This document shows positions 9,122 to 16,143 of a stretch of DNA of 32,000 nucleotides, piece after piece; the first letter of the stretch is position 1, and each line of letters starts with the position of its first letter. The translations under genes and the position numbers were made by a program. Location: positions 2,820,001 to 2,852,000 of the forward strand of contig NZ_CP147990.1 of the NCBI RefSeq assembly GCF_037902255.1, in the 5' to 3' direction. Source of the stretch: Candidatus Electrothrix sp. GW3-4 (GTDB lineage Bacteria > Desulfobacterota > Desulfobulbia > Desulfobulbales > Desulfobulbaceae). Under the pieces are notes generated by a model, which did no database searches, had not been told where the DNA came from, and saw only the letters and a list, made by a program, of their open reading frames with translations.

Positions 9122-10447
9122 ATGGAAGGTGAAATGAGACAAAGGGAACTGTTTGTTGATGAAAGAAGTCTCTTTGAGAAACTCTGCGACGTGCGATTTT
9201 TGCGTGCAGGTTTCAAGGCAGTGAAGAAGAACGGCGGCTCTCCCGGAGTAGACGGGGTAACGGTCGAAGAATTCGGCAGCAGCCTGAAAGAAGAGATAGA
9301 ACAGCTTGCGGAAGAACTTGCAGGCTGGAGGTATAAACCGAGTCCGGTGCAACGGGTTGAAATACCCAAGCCGGGCAAAGGTGCAGGTGTTCGTTTGCTT
9401 GGGGTACCCTGCGTAAAAGACAGGGTTGTTCATGCGACGATCAAACAGCTTTTGGAGCCCATACTTGATCCGGTATTTTCCGATCACAGCTTTGGTTTTC
9501 GTCCCGGACGTAGTCAACGTCAGGCGGTGGAATCCGGCCAGCGGATTGTGAAGAGCGGGAAAGAGTATGTGGTGGACATCGACTTGTCGAAATTTTTCGA
9601 CCGAGTGAACCATGATCGTTTGATTTATCTTCTTTCAGGGCATGTGGATGATAAACGGGTACTCCGTTTAATCGGCATGATTCTGCGGAGCGGGATAATG
9701 AAGGACGGTGATGTAATGCTCAGTGAGAAAGGCACTCCCCAGGGAAGCCCTCTGAGTCCGCTGTTGAGCAATGTAGTGCTTGATGAACTGGACAAGGAGC
9801 TTGAACGGCGGGGGCTTGAGTTTTGCCGCTTTGCTGATGATTGCAATATCTATGTTCGCTCGCCCAAAGCGGCAGAGCGTGTCATGAGCAGTATCAGTAA
9901 ATTTATTGAAAAGAAACTCAAGCTGAAGATCAACCGTGATAAGAGCAGGGTCGCTCATTCCAGCGAGGTAAAATTTCTCGGAATGACTATCATTGAAGGA
10001 ACGCTGGCTATTTCAGCGAAATCGATGAAAACGGCCATGCAGAAAGTCAAAGAGTTGACACCGCGAGGCACGTATCTGCCGCTGGAGAAAACGATTAAGC
10101 GGATAAACCGTTGGTATGTCGGTTGGGCCGGGTATTATCGGATGACGGAATATCCATCTCAACTCAGCAAAATCGAAGCGCATATACGGAGAAGACTCCG
10201 TGCGCGTCTGGTGGATCAACAGAAAAGGCGTCGCCATCTGTTCAAGAAGCTGAAGAAAAGAGGGGTGAGCCGAAAGAGTGCAGCAAACGCGGCATTTTCG
10301 AATAATGGTCGATGGGCCTTATCTCATACTTTTGCGTTAGAAAAAGCATACCCTGTTGCTTGGTTCATCCAGGAAAAGGGACAAGAGATACGGTCAGATC
10401 AAAAGCATTCGCACTGGTTACCTCTTCATCGATGGATAAGAGTATAA
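9122..10447 (+). CDS. Group II intron reverse transcriptase/maturase (RT plus X domain, no endonuclease domain seen)
   Basis: RT motifs are present: SPGVDGVT, RxxxIPKPGKGxRLLGVP, FGFRPGRS, DIDLSKFFDRVNH, GTPQGSPLSPLLSN and RFADDCNIY (the YADD box). The maturase-type region reads INRWYVGWAGYYRMT followed by a basic tail. Confidence 0.92.
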   Translation: MEGEMRQRELFVDERSLFEKLCDVRFLRAGFKAVKKNGGSPGVDGVTVEEFGSSLKEEIEQLAEELAGWRYKPSPVQRVEIPKPGKGAGVRLLGVPCVKDRVVHATIKQLLEPILDPVFSDHSFGFRPGRSQRQAVESGQRIVKSGKEYVVDIDLSKFFDRVNHDRLIYLLSGHVDDKRVLRLIGMILRSGIMKDGDVMLSEKGTPQGSPLSPLLSNVVLDELDKELERRGLEFCRFADDCNIYVRSPKAAERVMSSISKFIEKKLKLKINRDKSRVAHSSEVKFLGMTIIEGTLAISAKSMKTAMQKVKELTPRGTYLPLEKTIKRINRWYVGWAGYYRMTEYPSQLSKIEAHIRRRLRARLVDQQKRRRHLFKKLKKRGVSRKSAANAAFSNNGRWALSHTFALEKAYPVAWFIQEKGQEIRSDQKHSHWLPLHRWIRV

Positions 10448-10453
10448 CATGAG

Positions 10454-10521
10454 GAGCCGTGTACGGACCCGTACGCACGGTTCTGTGGGCAGACGGGAGC
10501 TTCGGCTCCCTCTGACCCGAT
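10454..10521 (+). ncRNA. Group II intron domains V and VI
   Basis: Domain V spans 10454-10483: GAGCCGUGUACGGACCCGUACGCACGGUUC, with the AGC triad and a GAGCCGUG/CACGGUUC basal helix. Domain VI spans 10487-10518, with a GGGAGC-UUCG-GCUCCC apex and an unpaired A at 10515. Confidence 0.75.
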
Positions 10522-10723
10522 CAACCAGGGTTGTTCTGATTAAGGGCCCCTCGTTGCTCGTATATCGGCACAAGGGATTGAGGGGGTCTTGTACGGACGA
10601 TTGGCACATCGTCGGTACAGGTTGCGGGAATGGCTAATTTGTGGGTATGATGCGGGATCTTAGGGGCAACTCCCCGTGTTTGCCCAGGATGTGGCGGGAT
10701 TGGGAAGACACAGGGGTCTCCCC

Positions 10724-10913
10724 CTACGGATTGCGCGAATATACAGATTACGGGTATGATGGGCAATCCGTAGGGGGATTTGCGCAGATTTGCACATCCT
10801 GCCCGGCGTTGAAACACCGGGCTATGCTCGTGCTGTCCCTCCGGGACGCTGTTTCTCTCCCGGAGGGAGAAGCGATAATAGCCCAGTGATTTATCGCTGG
10901 GCGGAGGCTGTAG
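10724..10913. repeat. Copy R1 of a 190-nt hairpin-rich dispersed repeat
   Basis: R1 is near-identical to 12052-12240, with 5 substitutions and 1 indel; the last ~144 nt differ at 1 position. It contains three stem-loops: CCCGG/CCGGG (10802-10821), TCCCTCCGGGA/TCCCGGAGGGA (10836-10868) and GCGATAA/TTATCGC (10872-10897). A partial head copy lies at ~10615-10660. Confidence 0.9.
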
Positions 10914-10928
10914 GTTTGATGGGATTTT

Positions 10929-10956
10929 GTAGGGACACGGCATGCCGTGTCCCTAC
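10929..10956. repeat. REP-like perfect 28-nt palindrome with a GTAG head
   Basis: The palindrome GTAGGGACACGGCATGCCGTGTCCCTAC is followed by GGATTGCGG. The same CTACGGATTGCG motif starts R1 and R2. A degenerate copy (GCAGAGGCACGGCCTGTCGTGTCCCTTCCG) lies at ~11972-12001, right after the LRR stop. Confidence 0.8.
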
Positions 10957-10991
10957 GGATTGCGGTATAACGAGGAACGGAGGAGCTGGCG

Positions 10992-11972
10992 ATGGGGTAT
11001 GAAGAGGCGTTGCGGTTGATTGAGGAGGCAAAGGAGACTGGGGCAACGGTGCTTGATTTGAGCTGGCAAGGATTAACCGAATTGCCGCCGGAACTCTTTC
11101 AGCTCAAGAACCTAACAAAGCTTTACCTTCACATCAACCAGCTTACCAGTCTGCCTCCAGAGATCGCTCAGCTAACCAGACTTAGAACGTTTAGAATCCA
11201 TCGCAACAAGCTTTCCTCTTTGCCGCCGCAGATCGGGCAACTAAGTAACCTGAGTGAGCTTTACCTCAACAGCAACGCCCTATCCTCCCTGCCGCCGGAA
11301 CTCTTTCAGCTGACCAAACTGAGAACGTTTAAAATCCGTCGCAACCAGCTTTCCTCTTTGTCGCCGCAGATCGGGCAACTGACCCGCCTCAATACACTCA
11401 GCCTTATGAGTAATCGACTTTCTTCTCTCCCGCCAGAGATCAGCAAACTGACCAGTCTCACTTCGTTTGACCTCAATCACAATCAACTTTCCTCTTTACC
11501 GCCTGAAATCGTTCAGCTAACCAATTTAAAGAAACTTAACCTCGGTTTCAACAAATTTACCGCTCTGCCGCCGAAACTCTTTCAGCTCAAAAATCTTACA
11601 CGGCTGAGTCTTGATGGCCTTAAACTCTCCTCCCTACCATCAGAGATCGTTCAACTAACCAACCTCACCCAGTTCAGCCTCAGATGCAATCAATTCAGTG
11701 CTCTACCACCGCAGATCATGCAGTTAACCAATCTCACCTCGCTTGATTTCTGTTACAACCGACTTTCTTCTCTACCGAGTGAAATCGTTCAGCTGACTGA
11801 ATTACATGAACTTGATCTTGCTTTTAACCCGGTTGCCACTCTGCCACTCAAGATCTTTCAACTTTCCAAGCTAAGGAGAATTGGATTCTACGGTAACCGT
11901 CCCAGCTTATTACCATACAAATTTGCTTTCTATGTCGTTAAAGCCATTCGTGATTCCTTTACTTTGCAATAG
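10992..11972 (+). CDS. Leucine-rich repeat protein; resembles the N-terminal LRR module of a bacterial Roco protein
   Basis: The N-terminus reads EALRLIEEAKETGATVLDLSWQGLTELPPE. It is followed by twelve 23-residue units of the type LSSLPPEIxQLTxLxxLxLxxNx. The ORF ends where a Roc GTPase domain would normally begin. Confidence 0.85.
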   Translation: MGYEEALRLIEEAKETGATVLDLSWQGLTELPPELFQLKNLTKLYLHINQLTSLPPEIAQLTRLRTFRIHRNKLSSLPPQIGQLSNLSELYLNSNALSSLPPELFQLTKLRTFKIRRNQLSSLSPQIGQLTRLNTLSLMSNRLSSLPPEISKLTSLTSFDLNHNQLSSLPPEIVQLTNLKKLNLGFNKFTALPPKLFQLKNLTRLSLDGLKLSSLPSEIVQLTNLTQFSLRCNQFSALPPQIMQLTNLTSLDFCYNRLSSLPSEIVQLTELHELDLAFNPVATLPLKIFQLSKLRRIGFYGNRPSLLPYKFAFYVVKAIRDSFTLQ

Positions 11973-12051
11973 CAGAGGCACGGCCTGTCGTGTCCCTTCC
12001 GTTCTTTCGTACGATACTCTTTCTTTTCATCACCCGATATTTTTTTCGCCT

Positions 12052-12240
12052 CTACGGATTGCGGGAATGTACAGATTGTGGGTATGATGGGCAATCGTAG
12101 GGGGATTTGCGCAGATTTGCACATCCTGCCCGGCGTTGAAACACCGGGCTATGCTCGTGCTGTCCCTCCGGGACGCTGTTTCTCTCCCGGAGGGAAAAGC
12201 GATAATAGCCCAGTGATTTATCGCTGGGCGGAGGCTGTAG
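12052..12240. repeat. Copy R2 of the 190-nt hairpin-rich repeat
   Basis: R2 is a direct repeat of 10724-10913, in the same orientation. It lies between the LRR ORF and the COR ORF. Confidence 0.9.
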
Positions 12241-12310
12241 ATACTGTTATCTCCGTCAAGGCTTTTTTGTGTAGCACGGCCCTCAAAGCAGTCAAGGCCA
12301 TGCCCTTCGG

Positions 12311-13396
12311 GTGCTCGCTCGGGCTCGCAGCCCTGACAGCTTTTCGTTCCTGCGGGAGCGGCTGGAGGCGCTGAACGATCCCTGCATCAGCTATGAAGAC
12401 TGCGAGGCCCTGTGCCGGGAAGCCGGGGTGTCGGGCGAGATCAGCCAGCAGGTGCTGGTGGATTTTCTCCACGATCTGGGCATTGTCATTCACTTTACCG
12501 AGTTCGACTTGGCGGATAATCATGTCCTGGACCCCAAATGGGTGACCGAGGCCGTGTATAAGATTATCAATGCGCCCTCAATCGCGGAGCGCAAGGGCCT
12601 GTTCCGCAAGGATGATCTGCGGGAGATCCTTCGCTTTCAGAAGGGTGACACCTATCATTACCAGTGGCGGAATCACGGCTATTTCATTGAGCTGATGCGC
12701 AAGTTCGAGCTGTGCTATGAGCTGGAAGACGGCGAGGTGCTTATCCCGGACCTGCTGGAGGTCTCCGAGCCTGCGTTCGCCTTTGATGACCGGGATGCGC
12801 TCCGTTTCCTGCTGGAGTACAAGGACTTCCTGCCCCCCTCAGTCATGCCCCGCTTCATTGTCAAACGCAATAAGGAGATCAAGGGGGATCTGCGCTGGCG
12901 CACCGGGGTGGTGTTGGAGCATCCCCTGCTGGAGTCTACGGCCGTGATCCGGGCGGACAATGAGGCCCGCACCATCCATATCGCAGTCACCGGCACCCAG
13001 CCCAAGGCCTTCCTCACCGTGATTATGCTCACCCTGCGGGAGATTAACGAGAGCTTTAAGGGCCTGAAGCTGAGCGAACGTATCCCTCTCCCGGATGATC
13101 CCTCCTTGAGCGTGGATTGCCAGACCCTGCGCACCAACCTGGAGGCGGGCGTGGATCGCTTTGTCCCGGAGGGCGCGAAAAGGGCCTACCCGGTCCGTGA
13201 CTTACTGGATACCGTGGATGAGGAACGGATGCTCAAGCTGCTGGCAAAGGTCCCACAGGATGTGGCGGATCAGGACTCTCTGCTAGAGATGATCGGAGAA
13301 AACATCAAGGCCGAGCCCGAGTTTTTCGGCTTTGGCATAGATCTGAAGCCCTTGGGCCGGGAACTGTGGCGGCGCTATAAGGCCTGGCGGGGATAA
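12311..13396 (+). CDS. COR (C-terminal of Roc) domain protein; probably the 3-prime remnant of a Roco gene that lacks its Roc GTPase
   Basis: LGIVIHFTE...HVLDPKWVTEAVYKIINA...FELCYE...LRFLLEYKDFLPPSVMPRFIV...WRTGVVLE...IHIAVTG...ERIPLPDDP follows the COR-A/COR-B pattern of Chlorobium-type Roco proteins as I recall them. No P-loop is present anywhere. The frame opens only at 12275, and the first possible start is a GTG with no clear Shine-Dalgarno. Confidence 0.8.
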   Translation: MLARARSPDSFSFLRERLEALNDPCISYEDCEALCREAGVSGEISQQVLVDFLHDLGIVIHFTEFDLADNHVLDPKWVTEAVYKIINAPSIAERKGLFRKDDLREILRFQKGDTYHYQWRNHGYFIELMRKFELCYELEDGEVLIPDLLEVSEPAFAFDDRDALRFLLEYKDFLPPSVMPRFIVKRNKEIKGDLRWRTGVVLEHPLLESTAVIRADNEARTIHIAVTGTQPKAFLTVIMLTLREINESFKGLKLSERIPLPDDPSLSVDCQTLRTNLEAGVDRFVPEGAKRAYPVRDLLDTVDEERMLKLLAKVPQDVADQDSLLEMIGENIKAEPEFFGFGIDLKPLGRELWRRYKAWRG

Positions 13397-13477
13397 AACA
13401 AGCTGGACAACAAGGAGAAGGAGCGCCCTCCCCCCCTCAGACCAGGCCTGAGAGGAGGTACAAATAACCCAACAAGC

Positions 13478-13921
13478 TTACTTGCAGATTCCCAGGCAAT
13501 CCGCACCGCCGTGAGCTGGATCACAGTCGTCACTGGGATCATCCACACATTCCATCCCCTCCGGGCAGAGGAGCCCGGCAATACCGCCACAGACGGCCTG
13601 CTCCCCGCCGCAATCTCCTTGATAATCAACTGAGATCCCAGCTGCCGCAGCCTTGCAGGCGTTACTGTAGGTCTCGCCGTTACAGCCACAGACAGGCATA
13701 TACTCCTCTGTGCAGACCTCCGGCTTTGGTTCACAGACACCGGTCATATCGGCCCTGCCGCAGTTCGCTCCTTCCGAGTAAGCGCAGTATTGATCTGCCG
13801 GGCAGGTCTGGCCAAGGCGACCTCCACAGGCAATGGGATCTTCGGGGGGGGTCTTGCTGCCGCAGCCAGCAAGGATAATAAAGACACAACAACCAAGCAA
13901 TAAGGTGATGTACTGTTTCAC
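13478..13921 (-). CDS. Cys-rich lipoprotein with a Kazal-type (serine protease inhibitor-like) domain
   Basis: I place the start at the GTG at 13919-13921, 7 nt after AAGGAGG. The signal peptide has an LAGC lipobox. CTEEYMPVCGCNGETYSNACKAAAAGISVDYQGDC fits the Kazal cysteine pattern and is flanked by two CGGxxGxxCPxxxxC modules. Confidence 0.7.
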   Translation of the reverse strand: MKQYITLLLGCCVFIILAGCGSKTPPEDPIACGGRLGQTCPADQYCAYSEGANCGRADMTGVCEPKPEVCTEEYMPVCGCNGETYSNACKAAAAGISVDYQGDCGGEQAVCGGIAGLLCPEGMECVDDPSDDCDPAHGGADCLGICK

Positions 13922-14207
13922 GAACGAACCTCCTTTGATAATGTACGAGAAAAAAACCACTTCCTGCGGAGGTGGTCTGCGCCTCAATAAGCTGTAGACG
14001 CAACAAACATATGCCATCATATGCGTCCAGATATATTCTGTCCACCCTATATATAATAAGGAGTGTTCCGTTCCAGCTATCTGCCCCCCCCTGTTCTGAT
14101 CTCTCCCCAGCCTTGAGCTTGCCTTCTGTTGTTACTGAGAAAGGTGGTTGAAGCGAACGTGCATGCAAGACCACGTTATTTTCCAGCGACCAATCCTCGA
14201 GACCTCG

Positions 14208-14386
14208 AACCTTGGTTCAAGTCAAGGTTGTACCCAGGTTCGAGATGAAGAACTACCTAAGTTTGAGACAGAGAAGTACCTGGGTTCGAGATAAAGAACT
14301 ACCTAGGTTCGAGACAGAGAAGTACCTTGGTTCGAGACTGGGAAGTACCTGGGTTCGAGACTGGGAAGTACCTGGGTTCGAGTTTC
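14208..14386. repeat. Tandem array of ~8 contiguous 23-bp units (iteron-like)
   Basis: Units start at 14208 (degenerate), 14231, 14254, 14277, 14300, 14323, 14346 and 14369. The consensus is TACCTGGGTTCGAGACNGRGAAG, with an ACC-NN-GGT palindromic core followed by TCGAGA. The period is exactly 23 bp, so the array is not codon-phased. Confidence 0.9.
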
Positions 14387-14548
14387 ACCTTTTCCCTGCA
14401 TCGACGTGCTCCCCAGGCAAGAGCAACTTCCCATTGAACAATGCACAGGCCTTTATTATGATACCCAGGAACTGCCAGCGACTTTGCCCGAGCCCTGCAA
14501 GGTCGTCGTGCTCCAGATCCCCCCTCACCTCTCTTCCAGAGTGATGCT

Positions 14549-14959
14549 ATGAAACGCTGTCGAGACTGCCGCCATACCGTGTCAGAACAGGCAATGGCCT
14601 GCCCGCAATGCGGGGCCCCCTACCCGGCAAGAGCCCAATGGAACGGTTGGGGCTTTGAGTACAAGTCCAAGGCCACCGTACTGGGGGTTCCTCTACTGCA
14701 TATTTCCTTTAAATACAGTGCGCAGCGCTGTCCGGTGCCCGCAAAGGGTGTTATTGCCATAGGCCAGTTTGCCTGCGGGCTCTTCACCCTGTCACAGTTC
14801 GGCATCGGCCTGGTTTCGGTCAGCCAATTCACCCTGGCTGCCTTTGCCCTGGCCCAGTTTGGCGTGGCCTATTCCCTTATTGCCCAGCTGGGCCTCTATG
14901 TCGATAAGGGCTATGGCCAGATCGTCAGGAGCTTTGCCGACCTGGCTGGCATGATGTAA
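14549..14959 (+). CDS. Zinc-ribbon membrane protein with a 10-residue xQFxxxxxxx repeat
   Basis: The N-terminus CRDCRHTV...CPQCG is a zinc ribbon. The C-terminal hydrophobic region reads GQFACGLFTL SQFGIGLVSV SQFTLAAFAL AQFGVAYSLI AQLGLYV. Confidence 0.6.
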   Translation: MKRCRDCRHTVSEQAMACPQCGAPYPARAQWNGWGFEYKSKATVLGVPLLHISFKYSAQRCPVPAKGVIAIGQFACGLFTLSQFGIGLVSVSQFTLAAFALAQFGVAYSLIAQLGLYVDKGYGQIVRSFADLAGMM

Positions 14960-15069
14960 CTCATCTGCACTTCTCTATTTCCTCAATGGCCTAAAAGAAA
15001 CCTCCCCCTGCCTTCCCTTAAAAGAGATGCAGATTGGGGCAAGAGATAACCTAACCCTTTGTAATCGCC

Positions 15070-16032
15070 ATGTCGACAACACCCTTACCCCCTCTGACTG
15101 ATGCAACCATCTATATAGCTGGCCACCGGGGCCTGGTGGGCTCTGCCATCTGCCGAGCCCTGGAGCAGCAAGGTTGCAGCAAACTCCTCACCCGTACCCA
15201 TGCCGAACTGGACCTGACGGACCAGGCGGCGGTCCGTGCCTTCTTTGACGAGAATCGTCCCGACTATGTCTTCCTGTCAGCAGCCAAGGTGGGAGGCATT
15301 CATGCCAACGATACCTTCCCTGCTGATTTCATCCGTGATAACCTGCTCATCCAGACCAATATCATTGATGCGGCCTTTCAATGCGGGAGCAAGAAGCTCC
15401 TCTTCCTGGGCTCTTCCTGCATCTATCCCAAGTTCGCCCCTCAACCCATGCAGGAGGACCACCTGCTCACCGGAGAACTGGAGCCCACCAATGAATGGTA
15501 TGCCATTGCCAAGATCGCGGGTATCAAAATGTGCCAGGCCTACCAACGGCAGCACGGCTTTAATGCTATCAGCCTGATGCCCACCAACCTCTACGGACCT
15601 GGGGATAATTTTGATCTTAAGAACTCCCATGTCCTGCCCGCCCTGATCCGCAAGTTCCATGAGGCCAAGCTCCAAGGTCTACCTGAGGTAGAGATCTGGG
15701 GAACAGGGACACCTAAACGGGAATTCCTGCATGTGGATGATCTGGCTGCGGCCTGTCTTTTCCTGATGGAGAGGTACGATGATCCTGCGATCGTTAATAT
15801 AGGGTCTGGTGAAGAGGTGAGTATTGCCGAGCTGGCCCGGCTTGTGGCTGAGGCGGTGGGCTACGAAGGTGCGGTGCGCTATAATACCGACATGCCGAAC
15901 GGCACGCCGCGAAAATTCCTGGATGTCTCCCGGCTTACAGCCTTAGGTTGGAAGAGCCAGATCAGCCTGCCCCAAGGCATAGCAGCGACCTATGCCTGGT
16001 TCCTGGCTCATGAGGACGGATTAAGGAAGTAA
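15070..16032 (+). CDS. fcl: GDP-L-fucose synthase (GDP-4-keto-6-deoxymannose epimerase/reductase)
   Basis: [14 protein letters not shown] (Rossmann), [23 protein letters not shown] (YxxxK) and [13 protein letters not shown] are typical of Fcl/WcaG. Confidence 0.88.
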   Translation: MSTTPLPPLTDATIYIAGHRGLVGSAICRALEQQGCSKLLTRTHAELDLTDQAAVRAFFDENRPDYVFLSAAKVGGIHANDTFPADFIRDNLLIQTNIIDAAFQCGSKKLLFLGSSCIYPKFAPQPMQEDHLLTGELEPTNEWYAIAKIAGIKMCQAYQRQHGFNAISLMPTNLYGPGDNFDLKNSHVLPALIRKFHEAKLQGLPEVEIWGTGTPKREFLHVDDLAAACLFLMERYDDPAIVNIGSGEEVSIAELARLVAEAVGYEGAVRYNTDMPNGTPRKFLDVSRLTALGWKSQISLPQGIAATYAWFLAHEDGLRK

Positions 16033-16036
16033 GGAG

Positions 16037-16090
16037 GGGCAGGTCCCTGTGCCTGCCCGCTATACGAGGGCGAACCACAGGGATTCGCCC
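16037..16090. terminator. Two hairpins between the convergent genes fcl and cysS
   Basis: GGGCAGG (16037-16043) pairs with CCTGCCC (16052-16058). GGGCGAA (16068-16074) pairs with TTCGCCC (16084-16090). There are no strong U-runs, so these may be REP-like rather than intrinsic terminators. Confidence 0.35.
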
Positions 16091-16143
16091 CTTCAGGAGG
16101 ATCTGCCAGACAAATAGCGTAGGCAGGCCCTCTGGTCCTCCCC

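Larger units (their letters stand above)
8477..10521 (+). mobile_element. Full-length bacterial group II intron (ribozyme domains I-VI plus an intron-encoded protein in domain IV)
   Basis: GUGUG at 8477 matches the GUGYG 5-prime consensus. About 645 nt of hairpin-rich sequence precedes the RT ORF. A domain V-like hairpin lies right after the ORF stop. Domain VI has a bulged A at 10515, 7 nt from an AU 3-prime end at 10521. The 5-prime boundary is less certain than the 3-prime boundary. Confidence 0.8.

Noticed and set aside
8999-9613. The 204-aa minus-strand ORF overlapping the intron domain IV/RT start, and ORFs 8038-8994 on the minus strand
   Set aside because: They are antisense to the group II intron RNA/RT or lie in structured non-coding sequence, and they show no protein features.
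9122-10447. The reverse transcriptase as a retron, DRT or Abi-type defence RT
   Set aside because: It carries a maturase (X) domain. It is embedded in ribozyme-like structured RNA and is followed immediately by canonical group II domains V and VI, so it is an intron-encoded protein.
10724-12240. R1 / LRR / R2 as an integron gene cassette (attC sites) or a composite transposon
   Set aside because: There is no integrase or transposase gene here, and no RYYYAAC/GTTRRRY attC cores. The repeats are direct rather than inverted, and no target-site duplication is visible.
10521-12374. Track ORFs 10521-10943 (minus), 10641-10889, 10790-11002 and 12078-12374 (plus) as genes
   Set aside because: They lie entirely within hairpin-rich repeats. 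They overlap each other in different frames and strands, and their conservation between copies is at the nucleotide level.
14208-14386. The 23-bp tandem array as a CRISPR array or as coding repeats (track ORF 14212-14544)
   Set aside because: The units are contiguous with no spacers, and no cas genes are nearby. A 23-bp period is not a multiple of 3, so the ORF reads each unit in a different frame.
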